From: Diplonema japonicum
Taxonomy: Eukaryota; Protista; Euglenozoa: Diplonemea
Assembly (NCBI GenBank): GCA_964019335.1
Contig: OZ025729.1
Location: 1-64,000, forward strand
Direction of reading: 5' to 3'
DNA: 64,000 bases
Every line of letters begins with the position of its first letter. Position 1 is the stretch's first letter. The translations under genes and the position numbers were made by a program. Of the stretch, positions 22,966 through 34,279 are shown piece after piece. Under the pieces are notes generated by a model. The model was not told the DNA's origin and searched no databases. It was given only the letters and a program-made list of their open reading frames with translations.

Positions 22966-23399
22966 CTTTGTATTATGCCCTGTGGTGTGTTCAAATAGGC
23001 CTTTTATGAAAATCTTTTGGTAATTGGAAGTGAAGAAAAGAAAAAAAAAAAAAAAGAAGTGTGTGGAACAGTCCCTTCCTCTTGACACTTTCAACAAAAG
23101 AAGCAATGGAAGAAGGGAGAGAGGGGGGGGGAAGAAGAAGAAGAAAGAAATACTGCAAATCTCTTAATTATTTCCCTTTTAAGAAAAAGGGGAAGGGATA
23201 TCCGATAAAAAAGAAGTTACTAACAGCATATAGTGACAGCAACGGCCACCCTTCGGTACATGGGTTTGCCCCCCTTTTTTTTTTTCTTCTTCTTCCAGAA
23301 ATGTCTTTTTTTTCTTCTTTCTTTCTTTCTTTCTTTCTTTTTTTTTTTTGTATGTATTTATTATTATTATTTTATTTTTATTTTTGCGATTGCACGAAA

Positions 23400-23448
<49 letters not shown>

Positions 23449-23908
23449 CCTTCTTTGTTTGCCTCGCTTGGCAGAGTCCCCACCCTTCCCCAACTGTAAC
23501 TGAAACCCCCAACGCAAAATAGGAGAGGGGGGATGGGGAAAAAAAAAATTCACTATGATAGGAACGAAGTGGTTAGCAACGGCCCGCCGCGGTGGCGTGC
23601 CTACCTTATGATGCTCCCCTTTTGGGGTCGTTCCCTGCAAAAAAAAAAAAAAAAGGGGGGCTAAAACACGCACATAAAAAAAAAAGGAATTAGTTATGTG
23701 AAGGAACAGTAAGGATATTTAACATAGAAAGTGCTTTTTCTTTTTTTTTTTCTTTCCCCCCCCCCTCCCCACTTAATTGAGTAACGCTCCCAATATTCTT
23801 TTTTTCTTGGTCACGAAGAGAATAACTTTCTAATGGCGCTGCCATCAGCGGCAGGCATATGAACACCTGGGCAAGGGAATACTCCATAAATAGGTTTTTC
23901 ATATTTCC

Positions 23909-23939
<31 letters not shown>

Positions 23940-25210
23940 TTCATCTTTTGTCATTCGAAGAAAAAAAGAAAAAAAAAAGAATCTCTCTTATCGATTTTAA
24001 CGTCAAGGTGACACAAGTCAAGCCACAGTCAGCTCCAAGTGTACTATAAAATAGTACATAGGGTGGGTGGGGGGTGTTGTAGTCAAACGACACATTATAG
24101 AGTGACGAAGCTCTAACCTGTGCGGCGCCACCTCTCAGACGCGAGTTCCCTCGGGTTTCGGAGGAACTGGCACCTGGCACAGACCTCTCTGGGAAAAGGA
24201 GAAAGAAAACTAATGGAACTAATGGCAAATACCAACAGCAAATTAGAAAAAAAAAGAGACATTTAAGGGTACCTGCGGTATGTGGCAGGACGCTGTGCTT
24301 AGAAAGAGAAAAAAAAAAAAACTGGTCGTCATGATAGAGTGTCAACGACCCCACCGCAGTGGCGAAAATAGCAACGGTTTAAGTATAGGAGCAAAAAAAA
24401 AAAAAAAAGAAAGAAAAAAAGAAAAAAATCACTATGATAGGAAACGAGGTGGCGTGCCTACCTTATGATGCTCCCCTTTTGGGGTTCTTGCATGACTGTG
24501 CCGAAAAAGCGCGCCTCTTTTTCTCCCTCAGCCATGTCGCCTGCAGCGTATCCAGGCCTTCTTGTCGGCGTTAATCGTCGTGCTGACGTTGACCCCCAAC
24601 GTCTTCTTTGTGCAGCATTCGAAGGCCATCGCGACCAGCGCTCCCTCCTCCGCCCACTGCAATACTCCCTGTGCTGCGGGTCAGCTTGAGCTTGTACACT
24701 TCCATGACCTTCGGTGCCTCGAAACGCCTCCCCAAAAAAAAAAAAAAAAAAAAAAACAGCAAAGGCGAAAGACTGGTCCAGAATGACGAAGAAACAGTTC
24801 GGCTCAGTGACTGATAAAAGAAAATACCGCAAAAAAAAGGGGGGGGGCTTACTTCTTGCAGATTTTCAATCGATCAGGGGGGGGAAGGGGAAAAAAAAAG
24901 AACCTTCACCTGTATTCTCGTTCGATCAGCCCAGCTGCATAGATATAGCTTTAGGTGACGGAAAAAAGAAGGGGAGGGGGGGAAGTAGGTTATAAGTCTT
25001 ACAAGAAGAAGAAAAAATAAAACTGAGCAAGTAGAGTGGGGGAGAAAAAAAACAAAGGTAACAAGGCCCATCTGTCCTCTGTTACAGCCGCCTTTTCAAC
25101 CATGGCACGAAGCTACTTTGCGCAACAAGCGCACCAGAAGGCAGGCGGATACTGTTGTGGCCGACTTGAGAGAAAGGGATGTGTGACAATATCTTCTTCT
25201 CCTTTCTTTT

Positions 25211-25246
<36 letters not shown>

Positions 25247-25844
25247 TTACTACAAAACAATGACAGCTACACGCAGCCATTGATGAAGATTTTTTTTTAT
25301 TTTTATTTTTTTTTATTGATTGGGAACACAGAAGAGGAGAGAGCATCATCGGTAGGATGCCCAAAGTCAACTCCAGAACCAGGCGAGCCAACGAGCGTAA
25401 GTTCCATTAAAAAAAGTAGAACAAGCTAGAGAGAAGGAAAAGGAGGAGGAGGAGGGGATACTATTTTGTTTTCCATCAAGCGGTGACAACTTAACAGAGG
25501 AAAGTTGTAGCAGCTGATGGGGGGGTTTTTTTTTTCTTACTGAGAGTTTTTTTTTCCTTTTTGAGAAATTATTTCATAAATAAGATAAACTCTATCTACT
25601 TAGGGAAAGGGGGGGTGGGAACACCAGCTTAGAAAGCACTGCAAAGCCATCATTTTCAATAATTCCTGGTATAAAAGGAGGCATCTAAGAAGAAAGAAAA
25701 AAAAAAAGGAGCGGGAGAAGAGAAGGAAAAAAAAAAAAAAAAAAAAAAGGGAGAGGAGAGGGGCAAGATCCCTGCAACAATCGTGTAACAAAAACGGTTC
25801 GAGATCATCAAAGGGAGGGGAGGAATATTTCGCCTCCCCTCTTC

Positions 25845-27965
25845 CTATGGAGCTAGCAGCCCACTTCTCTTCTCACCACTGCCCTCACCCAACTCAAAGA
25901 GCACCACGCCTGGTGACCCCTGTGACACAAAACTGTTTGGCGACTTAAGGCTAGACTTGAACCGGGAGGGCTCTAGTTCTTCGGTCAGGCCAAGTGAACA
26001 CTTCAAAAGACAGTCGTCTTTCTTTACCATGTGAGACCATTCTCGGGGAGGCTCGACCTGTGTGGAAACGAATGTAGCAGTGGCTGCTGCCTCTGTGGAG
26101 GGTGTGTTGCAGTCGATGCAGGACCGTACCGTCTCGCAGACGGACAGCGGGAGGGACATCCTCTTGGCAGAGCCCTTGCTGCTTTCCTTGATCAGCTCCC
26201 CCCACTTCCCCTTGGGTGAAAGGGTCAGCGTCGATCCCCGCCTCACAACGTTGGTACCCTCCTGCACAAAAACTGTCCCTATCTGGCTCGAATCCCTGCT
26301 AGCTTCTTCAGCGTCAACTGTGAAGTAATGGTGCTCGATAAGCTTCGTAGCTGTCGGTCGCAGTTCGGGATCCCTCTGCAGACAGGCTTTAAGGAATGTC
26401 TCGGATGCGCATGTCAAGCCGGATGGGAGTGTTATACCGGTGGAGTCTCCGTTTTCATTCACAATCCATCGCAGAACCCCAACTTGTGTTTTGATACCCA
26501 GGTGCATCCAAGGCGGCCTAGCACACAGCATCTCCATTACAGTGCACCCCAAGGACCAAATGTCAGCTTGCCAGTTGTGTCCCCGTGCTGTGATGACCTC
26601 AGGTGCCATCCAATAAGGTGTGCCCTGCACACCGGGGATCCCGTCTTTCGATTCGACGATCGCGGAGGCTCCGAAATCCGCTACTTTGACAAAGCCATCG
26701 ACTGTGAGGAGGATGTTCGCACATTTGATGTCCCGGTGGATAATGCCCTGTGCGTGGAGGTGTGCCAAGCCGAGGAGGATTTGATATGTGTATTGAACTG
26801 CCGTCGTTTCGTTCAAAGGCCCGAAGGTTCTGAGCAGCTTCTGAAGCGAACCGCCAGGGACGTACTCCATGAAGATGTTGATGGAGGACCCGACGCGTTC
26901 CGTGAAGAAGTACCTGACGACGTGGGTGTGGTCCAAGGGCTTCATGATCTCGATCTCCTTCTGCAGCTGCCGCATCTTGGCCATCACGTTGCTGTCGCCA
27001 GCGCAGAACTCCACGTTCTTGACGGCCATCAGCTCGCCTGTCTCAGAGTTGAGCCCGATGTGCACCTTCCCGAACCCGCCCTGCCCGATCAGGTCCCCTT
27101 TCTTCCAGTTGAACGTTTTCTTTATAATCTTTACAGGTGACGGGTTGTTGATGTTCGTTGTGAAGCTGCTGTCGCGGATCCTGGTCTTCGCCAATGTGCG
27201 TGGCTCTTCGCACCGCTCGTCGACTGCACTGGAACTCGTTTGCGAGGCCTTGTCGACGCTGCACATGAGCTGCAACCTGGGCTGCAGCGGCAGGGGCCCT
27301 GCTGGGGCGGCTTCTTCCTCTTCAGATTCAATGACCAACCCAGGCGGGCGGACCAACACATTCTGGTTTGTCTGACACACGATAACCGTCGCAGCATCTG
27401 TAGCATGATGCTGCTGTGTGCAGGCACACACAACATCATCCTTCGTAAGAGGAAGCACCGATGTCCGTTGTGAGAGCACCACAAGGTGTTGTGCAGCCAG
27501 CACAAGGATCATCATGCAGAGGACCAGAACAGCATGCGTCCACGCAGGGATCTTCTCGTTCGGAAGGTGCTCTTCAAACACAGCTGCACTTGTAATGACC
27601 GCCACGCTGACAACCCCAAGACTGTAGCCGTATTGCTTTCCATGAGCAGCTGTTGCCAGAACAGGGATTGTGACTAGCATCACAACGAAACCCATGCTTC
27701 CCACCCCGCCCAGTAAGGCCACACCTGCTACCCCTGTTCCGTATGTGTGCAGCAGAGCTAGCCAGCATACCAGTGAGAGGCCCCTCTGACGCTTTGCGAT
27801 GACGCATCCTGCTAGCAGCGCAAGCGTCACCCCGCCTTCCTGCCCCAGTATCACCTTCCCTGCACCCGCACCCTCCTGGAACATCAACGGGAGCAGTGCT
27901 GTGAAGACGGAGGTACACCACCAGCTCATCAGCTTCGTGAGATTTCTATCGATTTGCCCTGCCAT
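25845..27965 (-). CDS. STE11/MAP3K-like Ser/Thr kinase with N-terminal multipass transmembrane region
   Basis: WKKGDLIGQGGFGKV, MAVK, HRDIKCANIL, DFG and GTPYWMAPE. About 5-6 hydrophobic helices upstream. ATG at 27965 follows a pyrimidine tract and AG. Confidence 0.92.
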   Translation of the reverse strand: MAGQIDRNLTKLMSWWCTSVFTALLPLMFQEGAGAGKVILGQEGGVTLALLAGCVIAKRQRGLSLVCWLALLHTYGTGVAGVALLGGVGSMGFVVMLVTIPVLATAAHGKQYGYSLGVVSVAVITSAAVFEEHLPNEKIPAWTHAVLVLCMMILVLAAQHLVVLSQRTSVLPLTKDDVVCACTQQHHATDAATVIVCQTNQNVLVRPPGLVIESEEEEAAPAGPLPLQPRLQLMCSVDKASQTSSSAVDERCEEPRTLAKTRIRDSSFTTNINNPSPVKIIKKTFNWKKGDLIGQGGFGKVHIGLNSETGELMAVKNVEFCAGDSNVMAKMRQLQKEIEIMKPLDHTHVVRYFFTERVGSSINIFMEYVPGGSLQKLLRTFGPLNETTAVQYTYQILLGLAHLHAQGIIHRDIKCANILLTVDGFVKVADFGASAIVESKDGIPGVQGTPYWMAPEVITARGHNWQADIWSLGCTVMEMLCARPPWMHLGIKTQVGVLRWIVNENGDSTGITLPSGLTCASETFLKACLQRDPELRPTATKLIEHHYFTVDAEEASRDSSQIGTVFVQEGTNVVRRGSTLTLSPKGKWGELIKESSKGSAKRMSLPLSVCETVRSCIDCNTPSTEAAATATFVSTQVEPPREWSHMVKKDDCLLKCSLGLTEELEPSRFKSSLKSPNSFVSQGSPGVVLFELGEGSGEKRSGLLAP

Positions 27966-29024
27966 ACCATGCCGGGTAGGGGGCTCCTGTGGTGGTGGTG
28001 GTGCAAAGGGCAGGAAACAAGAAAGAAAGAAAGGAAAAAAAAAAGACGCAATTCCCAGCTCGCTCGAATATAAAAGAAAAGCTGGGAGGGTCCCCAGCTG
28101 GGCGAGGTTCTTGGCAAGAAGGGGCGGCAACGAGTCCACTTTGACCTCCGAGATCTGAGAACTTTCAAAGAAGTTTCAAGAAACAAAACAAAAATAACAA
28201 AAAAAGAAACGTGTCGTGTGGTTGGAGACGTTTCTTAAATCGGCCCGATTTTCTTCCCCCCACCCCACTTTTTTCCCCTCTTGACAATGGAGCAGAAAAA
28301 AAAGCTTTACTAAACTAGGGACGGGTGCTTCACAACCCAGAAGAAAGCTAAGATCAACTGTCAGGAGAAAAAAAAAAAAAAAAAAAAAAAAGGGAGGGGG
28401 GAGGATTTCGCTATAGTCGTTTTTTTTTTCTTTATATTCGCCCTTACTAGGTAGCGGACATGGATAGCAGAGAAGCAAGAAGAAGAGACAAGAAGAAAGA
28501 CGCAAGATATCGAAAATCTAACCAACATTTTTTATTATTCATATCTTTTTCTTAGTGAGAGGGGAAAAAAAAAGGGGAGGGAGAATTGCCAGAAATCTAT
28601 TTCCCCCTCTAAACAATAAAGGAAGGAGGGGAGGGGTGGGAACATCGTTAGAGAATTGTTAGTTAGAAAGTGAAAGAGAGAAAAGAAAGAACGAAAAAAA
28701 AACATAGTTCAGTGGTTCTTTCTTTTTACTCCCCTCTTTTTTCTCTTCCTCCTTTTTTTTTTTTCCCTTCCCTGTAAAAGTAACAAGTTTCTATCCTTTG
28801 ATTTATTTGAAAAGGGACCAGAATAATGTGGTTCAGACAATTCTCACGTAAGATGAGATCGCAATATTATTTATTTTGCATTCTTTTTTTTTTTTCTTTT
28901 TCTTTTTAAAGGATTTATAAATAGATATCGAATGAACACGCACAAAAAAAAAAAGAAAAAAAAAGCTTATCTGTCGGTGGCATCAGTAAGCAAAGATACC
29001 TTAATCCACATCCAACAAGCCTTT

Positions 29025-29076
<52 letters not shown>

Positions 29077-29191
29077 CCCTTTTCCTTCAACCAATGCAGC
29101 AGTGTCTAACCTTGGGTCCATACTAGTCCTCATGCCGACAGGGACTGCCACACGAAAAAGAGAAAAAGAGCAAGAATACTTCATAAACAGT

Positions 29192-30406
29192 TTAGATTTT
29201 TGCTGCGAAACGAAGAGTTGCCTTCCCCCTGTTTCTGTTCACAGGAACGTGCGTGGCCAAGCGGTGTGCAGTGTGGAGGAACACAGGCCCCGCCTCAGGG
29301 GGACACAACGGCGCAACTTCATGAAGCATCCACACAGCCTTGAAGCAGTGCTCCTCATCCAGCAAACAAGCAGCCCGCTCGAAGCAATTGTCCCAACAGG
29401 CCTCAGAGGGGACACGAGGCAAGCTCCCCACCACCGCTGCATAATCCCCGTTCAAGAGGAACTTCAGCACTTGCGCTGTAGTTTCAAGGCCAGGGAAACC
29501 TTGTGCAGCATATGCAACAAAGTATGCCCTCAACCAAGACCCTACAAGATCTGCCTTCAGCTTGTAAGGAAGGTCATGCGCCACAGTGTGGTACAGTGAC
29601 CACAGTGAGGTGAAGCCGTGCAGGATGAAGAACTCGTTCTCACTCGCCAGCAGCACAGCCGCTGCGAAAATGAACATATCGTGCAGTGCAGGGAGCAGCT
29701 CGCCTTCGTTGGGGACTGTGGTGGCGCGGCGTAGAAGCGGGAACCGTTTATGCATCGCAAGGGTTTTCTTTTGGAACTCACCACCAGGACGCGAGTCAGG
29801 GTTTGCCACGATTTCCTTCGCCTCCTCCACCGCCGTGCACCACATGCTGAGCATCGACAGCAGCGCCTTCCCATCGCCTGTAACCACAGCAACCTCGTCA
29901 TGTTCCCGCCAAGTGTCGCAGTACATGTAAGCAAGACCTGATGTTACAGCACAAGGGATGCAAGATTCCATGCCAAGACCGAACAGCAGCATAGGGTGGA
30001 ACGCACCTGCGCCAACACCCTTTGACACAGCAGGGAGGCGGGCTGTGGTGAAGGCCGAGATTCCCTTCGTTATGCTGCCCTCTTTGCGGATTGCTTCCTC
30101 CAGCTCCTTGTCGAAGAATGCGGTCAGGCTCTCGTGGTTTTGTCTGTTGTGCATCATCTCCTCAGGGTCCCGCACCTCCTTCACAGGGCCGCTTGGCAGC
30201 GTTCCGATCCGCTTGTTGTATCTCTCGACAAGCTCGTTCACCTCCTCCTCTGTCCGCCCTGTTCGGCTATGTGACACAATGACCCATGCCACGTGGTTCG
30301 TGAGGGGGATCCCGAAGCCGATGTACTCAATAGAGTGCTTGCGTTCCTTCAGAAGCAGCTTCTCAACAGTCCCTGCAACTTGGGAGGCCTTCAAGGTGAA
30401 CGGCAT
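29192..30406 (-). CDS. Questin oxidase family (DUF4243-like) protein
   Basis: Conserved His motifs LTNHVAW, GAFHPML.FG.G, FFILHGFTS and DEEHCFKAV. Confidence 0.75.
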   Translation of the reverse strand: MPFTLKASQVAGTVEKLLLKERKHSIEYIGFGIPLTNHVAWVIVSHSRTGRTEEEVNELVERYNKRIGTLPSGPVKEVRDPEEMMHNRQNHESLTAFFDKELEEAIRKEGSITKGISAFTTARLPAVSKGVGAGAFHPMLLFGLGMESCIPCAVTSGLAYMYCDTWREHDEVAVVTGDGKALLSMLSMWCTAVEEAKEIVANPDSRPGGEFQKKTLAMHKRFPLLRRATTVPNEGELLPALHDMFIFAAAVLLASENEFFILHGFTSLWSLYHTVAHDLPYKLKADLVGSWLRAYFVAYAAQGFPGLETTAQVLKFLLNGDYAAVVGSLPRVPSEACWDNCFERAACLLDEEHCFKAVWMLHEVAPLCPPEAGPVFLHTAHRLATHVPVNRNRGKATLRFAAKI

Positions 30407-30534
30407 TTTTTTTTTGTTGTTGTGTTAGCCTCTTTATGTGGTCCCTGTGGTTGATTGTTGCAAGAATCTAATTGTACAAAAAAGGCAGGAAGCAAATAAA
30501 TAGATAGATGGAAATCGTAAGGGCGTTCGAGAAG

Positions 30535-31455
30535 TTAGTAACGCGGCACCGACGCCGCCCTCCTCCTGGGTGCCTTCTCTTCCTTGTCTAGTGACTTGTA
30601 TAATACGTAGGGGTGGCGCCGTGTTGCAAAGCTCTGCTTCCCACGCCCCCTCTCCCTCTCCCTCTCACGTGTTGCAAGTGTCTTGCGAATTCTCTCATCG
30701 ATATCTTCCTTCTGCTTGGAACACGTCAGCTGCTCTTTCGCTTCCAGCAGCTTAGAGAAGTCATGCACCGGTGTGGAGGTCTTATCAGGATGGGACTGGA
30801 GGGAGAGTGGCTTGAAAGCACGTTTCACATCGTCAACAGAAGAAAAGTGCGGAATCCCCAGCACAGAGTAGGGGTCGAAGAAGGGCAGCAGGCTGTCAGA
30901 AGGCTGTGCTTCCGTCTCGTCGTTGTCTTCCTCTTTACTCTCATCCTCAAGTATGAAATGCTCAAAGATCACATCAGGGAAAGGGCTGCCTATTACCAGC
31001 CGAGCTCCTTGCTCTACCGTGTGCATCACGATGGCAGTCTCATGGGTGGGAACTTTTGTCCCGCATGACGTGCAGAAGCCCTCCCCTGGGGAGAGAGTGT
31101 ATGAGCAGCCGCACACCCTTTCGGCCTCGATTCTTGCGGTGGGTACCACTTGCAAGGCCCTTCCGTGCTCGTTCGCTGCCTTCAACAGCCTGTCGTTGGT
31201 CTCTGATCCGCCCCTTGCCTTCACCACATTGCTCACTTGTGTTGCCCCCGCTGTTTCAATAACCAGTTCGAATCCCATCGTCCTTGCTTCACTATCGGGC
31301 AGCCCACATATCCTCCACCCCCTCGCGTCCCTCAACCCTGCTTCCCAACATCTGCCATCCTTATCTGTCTTCTTTACAATTACCATCTCGTCTCCTTCGC
31401 TACAGGTCACCCCTAAAGGGGTCGTCCCGGGAGGGATCGTAAAGGTGAGCCTCAT
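30535..31455 (-). CDS. J-domain (DnaJ) protein with N-terminal PDZ-like segment and Cys zinc ribbon
   Basis: DPYSVLGI..VKRAFKPLSLQSHPDK J-domain and a CGC..FCTSCG ribbon. Confidence 0.82.
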   Translation of the reverse strand: MRLTFTIPPGTTPLGVTCSEGDEMVIVKKTDKDGRCWEAGLRDARGWRICGLPDSEARTMGFELVIETAGATQVSNVVKARGGSETNDRLLKAANEHGRALQVVPTARIEAERVCGCSYTLSPGEGFCTSCGTKVPTHETAIVMHTVEQGARLVIGSPFPDVIFEHFILEDESKEEDNDETEAQPSDSLLPFFDPYSVLGIPHFSSVDDVKRAFKPLSLQSHPDKTSTPVHDFSKLLEAKEQLTCSKQKEDIDERIRKTLATRERERERGRGKQSFATRRHPYVLYKSLDKEEKAPRRRAASVPRY

Positions 31456-31899
31456 TCTTCTTTTCTTTTCCTGCCTGTGTGACTAAAGACGTGGAGAAAA
31501 AAAGGGGGGGAAGGAGGCAGAGGCCCCACTGTTTTTTTTCAATAAGCTCCCGCGCAAAAATGCACTGCTCACCTCATATATCCTGTTTTTCTACGAATTA
31601 CAGCACCAGTCTTCGTTTTTAGACCGCCCAAGCATCAGACTTATAACCCTGGGATGTGGGGAAATTGGGAAAAGATAAGGCTGCTGCGTTCAAAACTTTT
31701 TCCCCCCCCTTCATGGTGCTCCTCGCGTTCGTGAGTTCACCTGGTTTCTAGTGTGCTGCACCCTGACAAGCAGCCAGAACCAATGGAAGAAAGATTGGTC
31801 GTCGCATTCGGCGAGTTGATGGTTTCTATTTTGTTGCACCCAAAGAACCAAAGGAATATCAATATTCGTTGATTTTTTTATTCCCCATACAGTGCGATA

Positions 31900-32040
31900 C
31901 TGTTTTTTTTACATTTGAAGAAGCACAAGAAAGGTTGGTCATCGTATTCAAGTCGATGGCTTCTAGTTTTTGACACTCATATAAAAAATAATGATCAATA
32001 GTAGAAACATTGGGGAGGATGGTCGCATTTGTGACGAAAC
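31900..32040 (-). pseudogene. Relic LRR fragment of the Ubl-LRR family
   Basis: LPNVSTIDHYFLYECQKLEAIDLNTMTNL matches the 25-aa LRR consensus. No complete ORF. Confidence 0.6.
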
Positions 32041-32110
32041 GCATCGCCATAACACAGCCTGTGGAGTCCCCCACGTTCGAGTGTACGAGTACAACACTCA
32101 CTTCTTTTTT

Positions 32111-33751
32111 TTAAAAGGATTCGGGTTCAAGGGCAAGTGACAATATGTTACATATTTCCTCCACGTGCTCGCAGGGGTCCTCGAGGGGGAGGCCCCCAAC
32201 CAGAAGAGCGGTTTCGTAAAGAAGGCGCACGAGCTTCTCCACCTCCCTGCCGGTGATGTGTTCGTTCAACGCCTTAACGATTGGATGGAAGGGGTTGATC
32301 TCCAAGATGTGCCCTTCAGATACAGCGCAAGGGGATTGCACCAAACGGCCTGACAGAATCACACAGTGCACCTTGCCTTGGAGGATTTTTCGTATCGTTT
32401 CACAGAGTGGTGTGAAGTCACCGTCGGTGTTGGGTATTCCCTGAAATGCCAAAGCTGCTTCGCCAAGGTTTCTCAGCTTCTTGTTCTTGAAGTTGCTGAG
32501 CAAAAGCATTGTGCGGACATCGTCAGGTTTCTTCATGAACAGCACCTCCACACCCTCACGCTTGCACCGCTCCATGAGCGGCGAGGTCACAGCAGTGACG
32601 TAGTAGATGTCCTTCTGACCTGCCTTCATCCTCGTCACATAGTCTGCTAGCGATGTCAAGTGTCCCTCCATCGTCTTTGTCGAGGGGTATCTCATCAATC
32701 CAGCAAGCCGTGCGCGGTTGCTTGGGTTCTCTAGAAGGATGCCCTCGTTCAACTGCCATTCGATTGTACTGTACAGCAGAGAGTTGTAGTAGCTATAATG
32801 GTAGTTCGAGTCATTTGCGTTGGCCTCCAACATGTCCAGACACCCTCGCACAAGGTGCTGTCTCACCGTGGCTAGTACACCAGGGTTGTGGATCCCACGC
32901 GAGATGTTCAAAAGGGGGGTCTTCACATTCACAACGCCATCGATGAACTGCAACCAGGTGGGGACGAGGCCGGCACAGCTGTCTGTCACGAACACACCAT
33001 TCGCGAAAAGCTGCACGTGTGGCACCCGCGGGTCATGGGGCATGTACCGTGGGACAAACAGAACAGCACGGAAACTCACATCACCTTCCACAACAAGGTG
33101 TTTCACTTCCAGGTAGTTCAGGTTAATCGTAGTGCTTCTATAAAGGTGGCGGTACTCCTCAGAGCTCACGCTGTTGGGGTCCCTCTCCCATAGATGCAAG
33201 GTCTGTTTGTGGAATACGGTTTCCCTTTTCTTGTCACTAATGAGTTCAATCCGGTAGGTGACGTTGCACAGACGAACAACACTGAGCAGTTTTTGCTTTT
33301 CTAAGTACTCCAAACGGTCGGGCCGCAGGTGGCAGGTCACCCTTGTGCCTGTTTGCATGCGTGGCTTGGTGCGTGCCACTGTGAAGGTGCCACCTCCCAT
33401 GGACTCCCACTTGTAACATCCGTCGGTGTTATGCTTTGTCACCACAGTTACTTTACTGGAAACCATGAACGCGCTGAATAACCTAAAGCAACCTGCAACG
33501 TCACCCAGCTTCCTTATCAGCTCTGCTCTGGTCATACCGACGCCTGCATCTACCACAGTGATCGTTTTGTTTATGCTGTTAATTTCAATCCGTATCCCGT
33601 TCCTCTCTGTCCTTCCCTTCTTATCCAGTGCATCGCTGGCGTTTAAGACCAATTCCCGCAGGAAGGTCCCTTCATCTGCATAGAAAGCACTGGTAGCCCA
33701 GCTAACAAGCTGGTTCGTGTCAGCCTGGAACGTAAACACCTCTTGGCTCAT
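32111..33751 (-). CDS. Divergent HSP90-family protein lacking the ATP lid, charged linker and MEEVD
   Basis: EVFTFQAD, FLRELVLNASDALDK, DAGVGMT, WES.GGGTFTV, VEGDVSFRAVLFVP, LNISR, SLADYVTRMKAGQKDIYY, LEINPFHPIVK and LLYETALL. Confidence 0.88.
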   Translation of the reverse strand: MSQEVFTFQADTNQLVSWATSAFYADEGTFLRELVLNASDALDKKGRTERNGIRIEINSINKTITVVDAGVGMTRAELIRKLGDVAGCFRLFSAFMVSSKVTVVTKHNTDGCYKWESMGGGTFTVARTKPRMQTGTRVTCHLRPDRLEYLEKQKLLSVVRLCNVTYRIELISDKKRETVFHKQTLHLWERDPNSVSSEEYRHLYRSTTINLNYLEVKHLVVEGDVSFRAVLFVPRYMPHDPRVPHVQLFANGVFVTDSCAGLVPTWLQFIDGVVNVKTPLLNISRGIHNPGVLATVRQHLVRGCLDMLEANANDSNYHYSYYNSLLYSTIEWQLNEGILLENPSNRARLAGLMRYPSTKTMEGHLTSLADYVTRMKAGQKDIYYVTAVTSPLMERCKREGVEVLFMKKPDDVRTMLLLSNFKNKKLRNLGEAALAFQGIPNTDGDFTPLCETIRKILQGKVHCVILSGRLVQSPCAVSEGHILEINPFHPIVKALNEHITGREVEKLVRLLYETALLVGGLPLEDPCEHVEEICNILSLALEPESF

Positions 33752-34279
33752 GAGAGTTGGTTGTCTTTTCTTTAAAAAGAGGGGGGGGGTGTAAAAAAAA
33801 CCACCCGAACTGACAAGAACCAAAACAATAAGATCTCGGTGTGCGCACTATTTAATACTAACGCTCCATATTCGCTAAGTGGCCCACCAGAACCCGCATT
33901 TTGAAGAGCTAAAAAAATTTCTAATTGCTTTTTCTAGGGTTGGAATGGATTTATTTGCGTCGCGAATATGGAGCGTAACTATTTACTGCCGACAAGTAAT
34001 GATGTCACCGTTACCATTTTTACCATCGAGGGGTTTGCGGATCATTCTTCCATGTCTTTTCTTTTGCGTTAAAGGCACTTCTCCACCAGGTTTGTACAGG
34101 TTGCATAATCACCACTGCATTCTGTTGGATCTACCTAGGTGTTAAAAATGTAAAACCCCACGCAAATGCATAATATGTAACAAGGAAAAGGAGAAACCCG
34201 ACAAACTGTATTTTTTCGGTTTTGCTGTTTCTACTGCAAAGACCAATGGAATAGATATTCGTAAAGTTATAACCCAAAA

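Noticed and set aside
22990-25800. Numerous short poly-F/poly-K ORFs, here and at 35.3-35.8 kb and 60.9-63.3 kb
   Set aside because: Produced by A/T homopolymers and without domain signal. The 24540-24720 patch may be a gene relic, but I cannot identify it.
31262-31278. gttcgaatccc T-loop-like motif suggesting a tRNA
   Set aside because: It lies inside the J-domain CDS and has no cloverleaf. I found no tRNA or rRNA gene in the window.
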